A stretch of DNA of 64,000 bases from Amphiscolops sp. MND2022. Lineage: Eukaryota. Below the pieces are notes generated by a model. It was not told the DNA's origin. It saw only the letters and a list, made by a program, of their open reading frames with translations, and ran no database searches. The stretch spans positions 35,588,001 to 35,652,000 of the forward strand of contig OZ076411.1 in NCBI GenBank assembly GCA_964187785.1, given 5' to 3'. Shown here in pieces: positions 25,600 through 38,182 of the stretch (position 1 is the stretch's first letter; each line of letters begins with the position of its first letter). The position numbers and the translations under genes were made by a program.

Positions 25600-26172
25600 A
25601 GCAGTTGCTATTGTTGCGGCCAGCGTTACTGGTACCGTTTAAAATGTCATTTCTGCTATTCAACGATTTGATGGAGTCCTCAATTCTGGAGTATGTCAAT
25701 TCTGGAGTTGGAGCATCCTTGTTCAATCTAGTGAAGCGTTTGACAGGCTGCCGATCTTGTAGGATAAGTTTTCGATTAGACGAAAATTTCTCTCTGACTA
25801 TGTTCTGTGTCGCTTAGCCTCTTAACCAATCTATTCTCTAACTTGTTCGTGTTATCCTCGAAATCTCTTTCAGTTAGACTAGGGCTTTCTTCAATAAATG
25901 AGCTAATTGTTTCAACAACTTGAATATGTTAGTTTCTTTTAACCCGTTGGAAATATTTCGGTCCATTACTAAGCTCCTGTTCAAGTAGTACAAAAGGCAG
26001 AGTTATTGCTGCTAACGGCAAAAGAATGAATTCGAAGCAACTATCAAAACAAAAATTACTTGGAGATGGAAAATTCAAGACTTTGATTTACAAAATGAAG
26101 GACATGTTTAAGGTGAGATGCAAAATTATGATTTTCTCAATCCGGCTCCAGGTGTCTATACTTTACGCTACC
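25600..26172 (-). mobile_element. Truncated 5'UTR and gag start of the G1 Gypsy family
   Basis: Collinear with 54890-55425 (CTGGA(G/A)TTGGAGCATCCTTGTTC, CAGTTAGACTAGGGCTTTCTTC, CCGGCTCCAGGTGT.TATACTTTACGCTA) at ~75-80% identity. Confidence 0.85.
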
Positions 26173-27014
26173 TGGTATTTTGAACTACATTGGAAAATTA
26201 TTACACATGCAAGTCTCTGGGGCAACTTGCTCGCATTGGGGTGTCCAAACGGTTGGCCAGAGTGGTGACCTAAATCATTAGAAGCAACAGGTTATCTTAT
26301 TCATTAGAACTATAACAAAATTAGCGACCATGATTAAATAGAACATTAGCACTAAATTTTTCATGTGGAAAAGGCAGGCAACTCAACTTTAATTTGAATA
26401 GATATGGTGCATTTCGACATTTATCAGCAAGTTGTCCCAGTGGTCGACCCAGTACAAATAGATAGTGGATGGCTACTTTGGTACATTAAACTAGCTAAAT
26501 CAATGTGAATACATCATAATTTAGAGCGACAGTACTCAGTTATTATACTAAAGAGTATGTGAAAATATAATAACGCTTTCAGCGGTAATATTCAAGTGTA
26601 TTTGCTGGTGGGTTGTCGCAATGGTTGGCTCAGATCTCAAAGTTAATAATATTCGAAATTGCATCAGAATAGCATCATCATGGGTTTACATGTCTCATGA
26701 TCCTTCCATTAAGCTTCTTTTAGGCAGGGATTTTCACGTTATATTTCATTGTATGATTTGCACTATTGGATGTTCTAGTCGAGCAGCCAGACTGTCGTCC
26801 CAGGTTCTATCGACTGGTAAGGTGTATGGGACTGCTACGCAGCTTACTTAGCATATTAGCGCTAAAAGCCTATTGGTGAATTCATTTGGCCATTACTGTG
26901 CGCTTGTATTCACTGTTCTCGTCTAAACTGCACTCCAGTAAGCGCGCTAGTTGAAATAAATTCGCGCGCTGGCTGTTTGACTACAATTATACACTGTACT
27001 TGATGTTATTTACA
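26173..27014 (-). repeat. Gypsy G1-family LTR (3' LTR position)
   Basis: On the minus strand it starts TGTAAATAACATC and ends AAAATACCA. It is collinear with 55779-56631 at ~75-80% identity. Confidence 0.85.
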
Positions 27015-27119
27015 TATTTATGTAATTTTAGGTACTGCGTTCAGTTCTTCATTTTCTATGATAAAACATTTACATAAGTATTGGTTTCATAATCTTTGGT
27101 TTTTGTTGTTTTAGTTTTC

Positions 27120-30100
27120 AGCTTTATAACGACTCTTGAGTTTCCTTCTGGTTAATTTCTCCGCCTTCTTCCTCAGGCGTTTCCGGTTCGTTTAGTGTGT
27201 CGGAGCTCTGAATATTGACGATATAGTTGGGCAGATCGTAGACTGTACTAGTGATTTATAGGACAGCCATGATCAGTCGGTCGTCCAGTCGCTGCCCGGA
27301 AATTATCCAATTGAACTAGAGTAACTATAAACATGGCTGATATTTCCATTATCAGGACGGAATAACGAGCTAGCCACATGGTCATAATTTTGGGTCAGGC
27401 ACATAATTTCATCGTCCGGAAGCACTGGGTTGTGTGTGGTAAATCGGCGAAGAGTTGGTTGATCTTCCTGTGCAGAAACGTTTAGCGATTCATTTGCTAC
27501 TTCATGACGTACAACGATATTACCTTCGTCTGTTTTGACTACTTCAAAAAAATTTTCAATTCTTGGATGTTTTATTTCATAAAAAAAACTTCGGCGTTGA
27601 TTGCGCTTGAGGTATCTGCACGTACGTGCACTGGTCGCGGTCCGAGACGAAACAATCGTTAGAGTAATTGATTTTTGGTGACAGCATTCTTTCTTTTTAA
27701 CGTAGTAGTTTCAACAATATTCGTAGAGTTATACAACGGCTTGAGTAATAGCTGAGCGTTTGAGTGATAATCTCTAGCTGCTAGCGTGATGGGGAAAGTT
27801 TTCAGCTGGCAGACTGAAAAAATTCCCTTACGTTATTGTAATTATAATAATGGATTATTTTATTGTCTTTGTTTTACGCCATATCTTCGTCAGTTCAAAG
27901 ATTGATGAAACATGTACAAGCACGACAGATGTAACATCGTCCACTGGGTTGGATGTCCAGGGATATCCTAGTGTGCGCGGATTCAGCGAGATTGCTGATG
28001 ATGAAAGTTCTGACGATGATGCGGCCAATGATGCAATTGATGGGGTGGATTCAGGCAGCGATTCTGATGAGGATGATGATGATGACAACCGTTCGGTCTG
28101 TCTACAAGTGATGCCTGGCATGAACTGGACTGTCTACTTGATGTAGAAGGTACGTTTCTTAGCGGGTTGTTGGTGGCCAGCCAACATTCCATGCTAATAT
28201 TCAGACGCGTCGTTTCATCTACCTTTGTTGGTTGCTTAGGACTGTCAGACGAATCCCTTTATTAGGATTTTCGGCCCGGCCCACCAGGTGGTTTTTTTTC
28301 TACTGTACGGTGAAGCCGTCGTGTGAGTTCGACTGGGACGACTAAGCGGGCTCGGTTGTCTCTTCCGGAGACAAACGATAGAACGGTTGATGATACTTTT
28401 AGGGTCCTTAGTGTAGGAGTTGCTGGTAGGAATTCAGCGCTGTGGGTATCATCGTATGTAGAAAGTGACTATTTGGTTACTTTTTTTGTTCGTCGATTTT
28501 AGACGAGCTTTCTCAGGCTTGTGGACGAGCATATGCAGGGGTTGGTTCCACTGATTCTGATGCGTTATGTCTCCTTTTGTCGAAGGGTGAGGCTAAAACT
28601 AGTCAAGGGCCAGTGCATGGTACCCGATATAGGTTCGAGCGTACCCAACATTACCAACCGCCAAAGGGTTTGGAACCTTCTGTTCTGCGCTATGAGTGGG
28701 CGAAAGGAAATTGTCTTTTTCCTCCTGATTCACCATTGCTCTGTCATTCTGTTACTATGTTATTGTGTTGTATGGTGTTCCTGTCTATTCATTTTGCTTA
28801 AAGTTAAGTCTGCTTTTTGCTTTTTGTTTTCAGTGGGGCTCAGCGGAGCTGACGGTCTTCCTCTCAGGTCTTGGCTTTCGGTCAGACGGCCGTGCGTTTG
28901 GAGCGGTCCCTGAGTTGCACACTTCATTGTTTAGTTTTCAGCCGAGGATGCGATGTCTGAACTCTTGTCCCGGGTTTTGGGGTTTGTTAGCACTTTTTGG
29001 GTTGTTCTACTTGTACTAGTTTTGGTTGTACAGTTGCTCAAGCGCAAGGGTTTTCTGTTACACCGTGCCCGGATGCAATTGGACGCGGAGGCAGAGACGA
29101 AGACCCGGCTGTACGCTAAATAAAGAACCTTTTTGTGGCGCGGAGCACCCGAGATTTGCAGGCACGTCAGTTGCAAAACACACTTTGAAAAAGGCCTTCG
29201 TTATCGGCTTGACCATGAAGATGTTGTTTATACTGTCAAATTTATTGCAATTGATGAGGCTCCGATCTCCCCAGAATTACTAGCGAAGATTGAAGAGACT
29301 CCAGTTGTTGTTCTTGGTCGGAAGAATGCGTTTGTCGAAGATGAAATCGATGCACTCGTTGGCGTTGTTTCGAATGTTCCTTCTTCGACACTAGTGGGAA
29401 GGCTAGTTGAGCTTTTGTGAAGCGGTGGATCCCACAGTTTCCTTAGACGTCTTTGGAATCACTTCAGGACAACGATTCCAATGGAAACTAGCTATGGTCA
29501 AGTCAGCTGGAGCAGATCTGAATTATTAGTTAATCGGTGTCAAACTTTTTATCCCCGTATTTTACCCCGAGTGCAACCTGAATGTAAAGGTGCTGACTTT
29601 AAAGTGTCGTTTTGCAGAGATGACATTGGGTTACGTTGCTTTGTATGTTTTTTCGTCGGCGATGTTATTCGCGAAGTCTGTCTGCATTTGGAACAACCTG
29701 CTCCAGGATTTTGCAATGCTGAGAATAAGTGCTTATCCCGAGCCCTTGCCATCCTTCTTGCGAATCAGTCGTCTGTTTCTGTCCATGGGTGTTCTTCCAC
29801 GTTGATCAACATTTTCACCAACTGGTGTAAAGCTGGAGGTCGTTATGTGCCTTTGCATTTGTTGGAGTATACCCCAAATGTTTTCAAGGAACACGTCTGT
29901 GACGCCGGTGTGGTTGGTGCGAATCTTCTGGATCCTTTCGCCATTCTACATTGTTTGCTTCGACGCTTAGTTAAAGCAGTCCACCAGCTTTGGTTGATGG
30001 CTTTGCCTCAGTTCATATTTGTGTCCGCCAACGAAAAATTCTTTTTGTCTCCTTATACCCTGTTGCTTCCGAGCTAATGCATCACTGGGATGAGATGAAG

Positions 30101-31685
30101 TTGTTTCACAAGGGGACAGGGACTATTCTTCCAACTAAGGGCAATGCGCTTCTTGATGTGAGCCAGTTGATCATCTCGGACACATTGGTGTTGCCACCTT
30201 TGGGTGTACGGCACGTCCTTGTTGCGTGTTTTCAACACATTCCGAGAAGCAGTTTGTTACTGAAGTCACCGAAGATACATGCCGCAGTTAATCTGATTTT
30301 TAGTCGGCGCTTCTTCGTAGAAAAACGCAAACTATAGTAGTGACTTTTTTAAGACCAACCAAGTGACAGATTTTATAAGCTTTATAGGCTGACTTGAATT
30401 AACACTAAATGCCACAGTACTTCTACTGGCACTTGAGACAGAGGTTAATTAGGCTTTTTTGAGATCCCCTTTTACATTTTGCGGCACTATGGGAACAAAA
30501 AAAATTTCAGACCAAAAAAATTTTGAAAAAAAATTTCAAAAAAAAGCTTTTTAAAATCATTTCCTCATGTGGTTACTGTAGAAGAGAATACTTGACACTT
30601 TGAAGACGTTTAGCTATTATTGAGCATAAGATATGGCGCCGACTTAAACCGTTCCCAGCTTGTTGCTATTTCTATTGAAGATTGCTTGGTAAGGCGAAGA
30701 AGCTGACCTGCTGATTGAATCGTCGAGTCTGTATATCGGTCAGTCTTCGACCACATGGGCTCACATTTCCTATATCGAGTGCCTTCGGGGCAAACTTCTT
30801 GCGACAGTTGCTCTGAACGCGTGTGGTGATGCCTTGAGGCGTACTTTCCTTCCTCCGCGAGTGTCATGAGTTTCTTCTGGAGTTCCTCAAGGTTTTGAAT
30901 TGTTCGGCTTATGAAAAGTCGGAACTGGTCTTTTGTTCAGGTTGTTTTTAGCCGGATACTATGTTGCAGTGTGATGAGTATTACACTGTGACATTATTCT
31001 TGGATCTGACCAATTACTTGTTAGAGTGTGGTCGATTGACATCCCCGGACTGCGAGGCAGCAAGTAATGAGTTCGAATCCTTACTCGAGGAGATCCGTAG
31101 GCGGAACTAGCGAGTCATGTCTTCGATCACAAACAGTTTCTCCTTTGTGTGGGATTCAGGCTTGCTTGACTGCCGGTTGAATTTGAACAGGGTGGTGCAG
31201 TTGGCAGCTATGGTCATGGTTCCTCGTCCGGTTTGTTATCCTGATGTCGACATGATGTTAAGTGGTGCAAAAGTTCCAAAGAAGGTTCTGTTGTCATAAA
31301 TTTTTTCGTGTCAGTCGTATGTATTCTTTGCAAAACTCGCTTCGGGAGAGCTTCTGACCAAAGACTGCCTGGAGAAGCTGAAATGTTAATATGTCGAATT
31401 GGAAGGTCTCTATGGATGACCCTCATTTTTGCCGTGGAACTCGTTGTATATCCATGGTAGTTCTGTTCGTACTGCCAGTATGGAAAATTCGAGCGGTTCC
31501 AGGAAGCGGCGTGGAGCGAGCAGAGGAGCAGCCTTCATTCCGACTGATTTAAAGCAATTGATTTGTGTAATTTTTAGTATTGCAATTTGTATTCATTTCT
31601 GTCTGTATTGTTATTGTATCTCGTGTTTCTTCTGGACCAATGGGTCCGTTCTTTGATCGAGAGAAGAGAAAATGGAATACGTTAG
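27120..31685 (-). pseudogene. Degraded post-integrase ORF region of Gypsy G1, env-like (inferred)
   Basis: The GTTAG TSD joins it directly to the post-integrase sequence at 48423. I found no pol motifs. Fragments include EFCKEYIRLTRKNL/YDNRTFFGTFAPL, ANCTTL, NNVT, EVCPEGTRYRKCEPMW and LTAACIFGDFSNKLLLGMC, i.e. Cys-bearing and rich in sequons. The 27.6-29.0 kb part may be a separate insert. Confidence 0.45.
30298..30664 (-). mobile_element. Non-autonomous Helentron/DINE-1-like element (HINE-like), copy 1
   Basis: Asymmetric subterminal inverted repeats AGTCGGCGC (30302-30310) and GCGCCGACT (30636-30644). It has an AACAAG end on the minus strand, T-rich insertion flanks and an ACTATAGT palindrome, and is homologous to 62083-62615. 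Confidence 0.65.
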
Positions 31686-32561
31686 TGTTGGCGCCAGTCA
31701 ATTGCAAGATCAGAAACTCAAATTCGAACGTGACTGATGATACTTATAACTCAAAATACTTAGAAAGTTTGTCAAGATTTTAGTTGGAAAATTTACAAGT
31801 TTCACCAGAAATAGGGCATACCCAAAAAACACCCCCCCCGTTTTTGAGAAACACTGGCTCAGTGACCCTGAAACTTAGCATGTATATACTAGAGGTGCTA
31901 ACTCAACTTCTCACTGGAAACATCCGACCCCGTATCCATCCTGAGTTCAGAGCAATTAACATCCAAAGTGACCTAGGTCGGCCCCACGAAAACCCGATTT
32001 TGATATACAAATTATTATGTGATTTTACCTTATGACCATGAAGGAAATTTAACTCTGTTGAAATTGGTGACATTTACAGTGTGTAAACATACTTTCTAAC
32101 CCACCTAAGAACCATGCCAAAACCACCACTTAGTTTGTTTACATAGCTAATAACTTCATTTTATGCTTTAAGTGTCATTTATTTATACCTCATATTTCAA
32201 CCTATATTTGTCGAACAATTGTAAACTAGTGCACCTTTACTAGATAGGCACAATTTGATTGGAAAGCTGTATAAAGTCGGGTCTCAGGACCACACGTATT
32301 CTCAATTCATTTCTTCACCTCTTGTCGACTTTTCGCCAAAGACTAAGGGCGACTAAGTTAGTTACTCTCAACTTGTGGTCAATTGGACGCGTTAAGAGAC
32401 AAAGAAAAAGTGCATTTCGGGATCATTGGATCCTACTAAGTCAATATACAGTCCTTTTAATCTAAGAAGCAAGCAGTGTTCGGTAACGATCCGCAGTGCC
32501 GAGCACCGAATTCAGGGTGGCGTAAAGTTTGGTCGATTGAAGGGATCAAGCAGCAGTTACA
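31686..32561 (+). repeat. B1 5' LTR (LTR A)
   Basis: Starts TGTTGGCGCCAGTC, ends GCAGTTACA, and is followed by a PBS. Confidence 0.95.
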
Positions 32562-32563
32562 TT

Positions 32564-32580
32564 TGGTCCTCCAACCGGGA
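32564..32580 (+). promoter_or_regulatory. Primer-binding site of B1 (tRNA-Tyr-like)
   Basis: TGGTCCTCCAACCGGGA lies 2 nt after the LTR and resembles the Bel/Pao-type PBS TGGTCCTTCGAGCCGGA. Confidence 0.75.
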
Positions 32581-32996
32581 CATCCTCAATTGGGCGGACA
32601 TATTCAATTGGGCGGACATCGTCAATTGGGCGGACAACTGGATGATCGTCTGATTGATACACAGCCAGAATAACATCGTGCGAACAAGTGAACGTGTACA
32701 GTGAACGACGATGGGAGATAATCTATACAAAACTGTGTTCTGCAAAGTGGTCACATCTGAGCTCTCCTCTGTGTTTAGTGTACTCTGAGAGTTTGGGCTA
32801 CTTCTGCAGACGCTGAATGATTGTATTCGAAGTGGTAATACTGGAAATTTTGGGTCACAGTGTACTCTGGGAGTTTGGACTATTGTGTACTCTGGGGTTT
32901 TTTTTTCTTCATCGGCTTGTTGGGAATTGCTTTCACAGCAGAATTTGGACTCCTTTGGTTAGTTAGTGTAGTCAGGGGTTTTGGGCTACTTCAAAA

Positions 32997-35900
32997 ATGG
33001 CCGATCCAAAGAAAATTGATTACAAAAGAATTGAAAACCATTTGAAGAATTCTATGGATAAGCCATAATGGGAGAGCAACATGAAAGCAATTAAAAACTT
33101 TGAGACAAAAATGGATGAATTACATGCTGAGCTGCGCAAAGCAGACGTAACGAAGGAAAAACTCGCACACCTTCTACCGAACCGACAAGACCTACTGCCT
33201 AGATGGAGGAGACTCGTCGGGGGCGAACACAGCACTCTTGAAAGCCAAGTATCAGCCAGATTGGTCGGATAATAAAGGCGACCGATTCTGCAGATATCGG
33301 AATGAATTATATTCCTTGGAAACACCACATAAAAACATTGGTCAGATGTTCACAATGATGCGGAGGAGAATGCCTAAAGAATGAAGGACAATTGAAGGAG
33401 TTCCTACAACTTCGAAACTCCAAAGAGAAATGTGATGAAAAACTTCAAAAAAACGAAAATGAAATCAATAAAAATCGGGATACTAATAGCAACTCAGAAA
33501 ATACAAAGCATTGGTAGAAACAAACGGAGAAACCCTCAAAAAGAGAGATGGAATTGTGGTCAAGTTGGATGAGTTGTTGAAACACAGTGGAGATACTTCA
33601 ATCTACAGTGACTTGCATCGCATGGAGGGAATTATGGCCCATGCCAAGGTGAATTGACAAGAGCAACAACTAAAGTCCCGCGACTGTTCTCCTCAGAAGA
33701 ATGCGAATGACGAAGTGGCACAAGATACCGATGGACCCTATTCGTTTGTCAATCGTTGTGTTAATGTGGTGAATTCGCTACCTGAAGAAAGAGATCAATG
33801 TGCAAGCAAGGCACATTCAATGGGCATCAGAACATCAGTTAGTTCAAAGTCAACTACTACAAAGCGGGTGATGTTCCTAGAACTGGAAGCAATGAAGAAA
33901 CAAAAAGAAATCGACGAACAACTAACTGCAAAGAAACGTCAAGCTGAGATCCGAAAGAAACACGACGAAATGGATAAACTCACAGAAGAGATCGCTAAAC
34001 TCGAAAAAGAAATGGAGAGGGCTAAATGAATCTCTGAAAAGGTAATGGAAATAGCCCGAGCGGGAAGTAGCCGAGCAAGTACAAGTTTGCGAAGCGTTTC
34101 CCCAAAACCGCTCTAAAGTGATCCGTTCGAAAAGGTACCTTCTTGGCTAGATCGAATCGAAGTTGACAACAAGCTAACGAACAATGGGAATGAGGAGCCC
34201 AGAATCGCACTAGCCAGCGAACCTATTCAACGACAATCCGGTGTATTGCCGCATAAACCGAAATCGTTTCAACCAGCTGCTAAGATGGCACATCCAATTG
34301 TAGCAAACGTGGGCAACTCGGGTAATCTCTTTGTCTCGAAGGTGGCTCCTGTAACGCTGAAGAAAGCTGCACCACAATATGTTCAGTTTGGAAATAGTTT
34401 ACCTCCGAATCAGCCAACAACGAACGACAAATATGAAAAATGATACGGTGCCACCACATGTTGCACCACCGTTAACCTCACTGCACCCCCACATAGTCAT
34501 TTCGGACCCACGAGAATCGAAAACATGAGTCTTCCAGCCAGTCTGCCGAACCTGAAGTTAGCAGAATTTTCAGGTGACCCATTGGAATGCCCGAGTTGTC
34601 GGGGTTGTTCCTCTCGACTGTACATGCTGCGAACATTGACACCAGTCTCTAGATAAATCACCTCAAAACGCTGGTCACTGGAAAGGCAAAGGAAGTAATA
34701 GCTGGACTAGGCTACACTGGAGACATGTATGATGTTGCATACAATACCTTGGTTGCGCAATTTGGGAGACCACAAGTGGTAGTTAACGCACAACTGAGAC
34801 GAATTTACACCTTTCCACCAGTGAAAGCGTACGACTCTGTAGCATTGGTCAAATACTCAAGAATAGTTTCAAGTTGTGTACAAGTTTTGACGCAGATGAA
34901 CTATGTTGGAGACTTGCAGTCAGATGGCGTCCTGAGTAGTGCGACCAGAAATCTGCCATTGAACATGAAAACAAAATAGTTGACTTACACGAGACAAATT
35001 GCCAACTACTACAAGGGGCTGGAAGCGTTCAGCGCATGGTTGCAAGAGATATCAGCGGTGCAGAAAGATGTTCTCATGACAGGCAACCTTAACGCAGACA
35101 GATCAAAATGGACAGGTAAAGACAAGCCAAAGAACTCTACGTTCTCAACCTTTGCTGACGACAGTGTCGTGAAGAAGACTGGTCATGATTGTCCATTGAA
35201 AGATGGTAAACATCCCTTGTGGAAATGCGATACGTTTCTGAAGATGACCTGTCAAGCACGATATGAAAAATTCAAAGAATTGAAACTCTGCTTTTGTTGC
35301 TTGGCTGGAAAACATGTGGTGAAAAATGGCACTTACAAAGCGTGTGGAGTCAAAGGATGTAGCAGGCGGCATCATCGATTGCTACATCGCGAGGCAAACG
35401 AACGGCCGAAAGAAAGTGGAGTGGAAGACCCACAACGGAAAGCGGAGGCAAATTCAGCATTTTGCTCAATGAAGAGCAGTGGAACTTTGCCACTTATACC
35501 TGTCATCATTCAAGTTGGCAAAAGGCAAGAATCAACCTTGGCTCTGTATGACTCTGAGCGAGCCTTTGGAGCGAGCCTATCGTTCATAGACAAGACATTA
35601 GCTGACGAGTTAAACGCTGACGGTGAAGAAGTTGATCTGAGTGTGGCTGGAATACATGGGACAAATGAAGTCAAATGTGAGTGACTCACGGTGGGAATTC
35701 GCGGCAAGACAAGGAGCGACACACACCACATGACAGTCTACACGCACCCAAACATAGACGCCGGATCAAAGATATACGACTATCGGGAACTCAAACATGC
35801 CTACCCCATTTGTCAGTATTAAGCGAAGAAACATTGAAGCTCAAAGATGCAAAAATGATAATGGGACAGAACTGCTACCACATACATCAGCCTGGAGAAT

Positions 35901-37326
35901 AAAAAAGTGGCACGAATGGTGAGCCGTGGGCAGTGAAAACGAAACTTGGATGGACCCTCTGTGGACCACTTCCACAGCAAGAATCTGTGCAGATGGCTGC
36001 ATCTTGCGTAACAACTTCTGAAGATGATGCTCTGGCAGAACAGATTAAAACTTGGTGGGACATTGAATCCTATGCGTCTCGCTGCCATGTATCTGGAAGG
36101 TCCAAGGAAGATGAGAAGTCGTTGCAGATGCTAGAACAAAACACAAAGTTCGATGGTGAAAGATATGAGGTTGGTCTTCTCTGGAAAAGAAATGACCCCT
36201 TCTTGCCAAACAATTATTTTTCGGCATTGAGCGAAATGACGTCGTTAGAGTATAGACACGAAAAGATTCCAGAGTTGAAGAAACTCTATCAAGACACCAT
36301 TAAAGTAGATGTTGAGAAGGAATTCGTCAGAATCCTAAAGCAAGAAGAATTGGAAGCTACAAAATTTGCAAGTCAGTGGTATGTTCCACATCACCCAGTA
36401 GAAGATCCAAACAAACCAGGAAAAGTGAGGCCAGTGTGCAACGCAGCTTCCAAGGTCCGTAGAATTTCCTTGAACGATAACCTCTTGACTGGGCCGGACC
36501 TACTGCAGAATCTGATTGGAATAATCTTCAAGTTTAGAGAACAAAAGGTCGCCATCACTGCTGACATTGAAGCGATGTTCCTACAAGTGAAAGTACAGTC
36601 GGAAGATTGTAAAGTGTTGAGATTTCTACGGAGAGACAAAACAAATTAATTCGCTAAAAAGTAGATGTATGGAAGACATATCTTCGGAGCTAAAAGTTCC
36701 CCCAACATGCGCCAATTATGCCCTGCAACAAGTTGCAAGAGATAACACAGGAGTCCCCTCAAATTACCAAACTGATAAGGCGAAACTTCTATATGGACGA
36801 CTTTGTAAAGTCTGTTCCCAGCGCGGAGCAGGATAATGAAATCTACAAATTGTTGAGAGCGGTGTTGGCAAGAGAAAGTTTTCAATTAACAAAATGGATT
36901 AACAGCTGCGAACAGACTATGACGTCTATCGACCAAGCAGACAAGTCACCGTCCTCTAGTTAAACTTTTGAAGCTGAACCGACTTCTCCATCAATCTTGG
37001 GACTGCAATGGAACGTTGACGCAGACAATCTGGAAGTCTGCAGAGGCATGCAGAAGGAGATACCGGTGTAGATAACGCAGAGAGCGGTGTTATTCCAAGT
37101 TTCAGCTGTACTCGACCCTCTGGGAATAGTGTCTCCTTTCACCATAAAAATGCGACAGCTACTGAAATCAATATGGAAGGAGAACGGACAGTCGTAGGAT
37201 AAAGAACTGAATGAAGAAAATCGACATGAATTCAAGAAATGGGAATCAGAGATAATACATGTGAACCAAATGGCCCTCAAAAGAACATATTTCGAGTCAG
37301 GTGTGAACAAAGTAGATCTACATATC
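32997..37326 (+). pseudogene. pol: B1 gag-protease-RT (left part; stops and frameshifts)
   Basis: DUF1759 (VAQFGRPQVVVNAQLRRIYTFPPVK), Cys/His knuckles (LCFCCLAGKH, CGVKGCSRRHHRLLH), protease LYDS..GASLSF, and RT WYVPHHPV, NDNLLTGPDLLQNL, ADIEAMFLQV and FYMDDFVKS. Confidence 0.92.
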
Positions 37327-38182
37327 TGTAACGACTGCTTGATCCCTTCACTTGACCAAACTTTACGCCGCCCTGAATTCGGTGCTCGGCACTGCGGATC
37401 GTTACCGAACACTGCTTGTTTCTTAGAATAGATGGACTATATCTTGACTTAGTAGGATCCAATGATCCCGAATTGCACTTCTTCCTTGTCACTTAGTAAC
37501 TTAGTCGCCCTTAGTCTTTGACGAAAAGTCGAAAAGAGGTGAAGAAATTAATTGAGAATCGAAATGGTCCTAAGACCCAACTTGACTACAGCTATTCAGT
37601 CGTTAAAATCCCTATCTAACAATGGTATACATATCGTTTACAGTTCTACAGTAAATACAAGCAAATATAAGTAAGTATAAAGAAATGACACTTAAAGCAT
37701 AAAATGAAGTTATTGGCTAAGTAAACAAAGAATGTGGTGGTTTTGGCATGTTGGTCAGGTGGGTTAGAAAGTATGTTTACACAATGTAAATATCACCAAT
37801 TTCAACAGAGTTATCTTTCCTTCAAGGTCATAAGGTAAAATCACATAATAATTTGTATATCAAAATTGGGTTTTCATGGGGTCCGACCTTGGTCTTTTTG
37901 GGTGTTAATTGCTCTGAACGCAAGATAGATACGGGCTTAGGTTTATTGAACGAAAAGTTAGTGTAGCACCACTACTAAATGTGTGCCAAGTTTCGAGGTT
38001 GTTGAATGAGAGGTTCACCCGAACGGGGAGGGGGGTGGTCCAATTTTACACGAGGCCATTTTTGCTAAAAATTGTAATTTTCAGACTAGAATCCTGATAA
38101 AGTTTCTAAGCGTTTTGAGTTGTGAGTTTCATCAGTCACGTTCGAATTTGAGTTTTCGTCTCGCAGTTGACTGGCGCGAACA
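37327..38182 (-). repeat. B2 3' LTR (LTR C)
   Basis: On the minus strand it reads TGTTCGCGCCAGTC...GCAGTCGTTACA. Identity to LTR D is ~96% by eye. Confidence 0.95.

Noticed and set aside
27850-28146. Acidic 98-aa ORF as a host gene
   Set aside because: It is a low-complexity GAT-rich tract that is open on both strands, lies inside a retroelement, and has no splice or domain support.
29481-30077. 198-aa plus-strand ORF as a protein-coding gene
   Set aside because: It is antisense to the G1 minus-strand coding region, has no recognisable motifs, and is probably a shadow ORF.
32586-32637. CRISPR-like repeat array
   Set aside because: These are direct 18-bp tandem units with no unique spacers, inside a retrotransposon leader, in a eukaryotic context with no cas genes.
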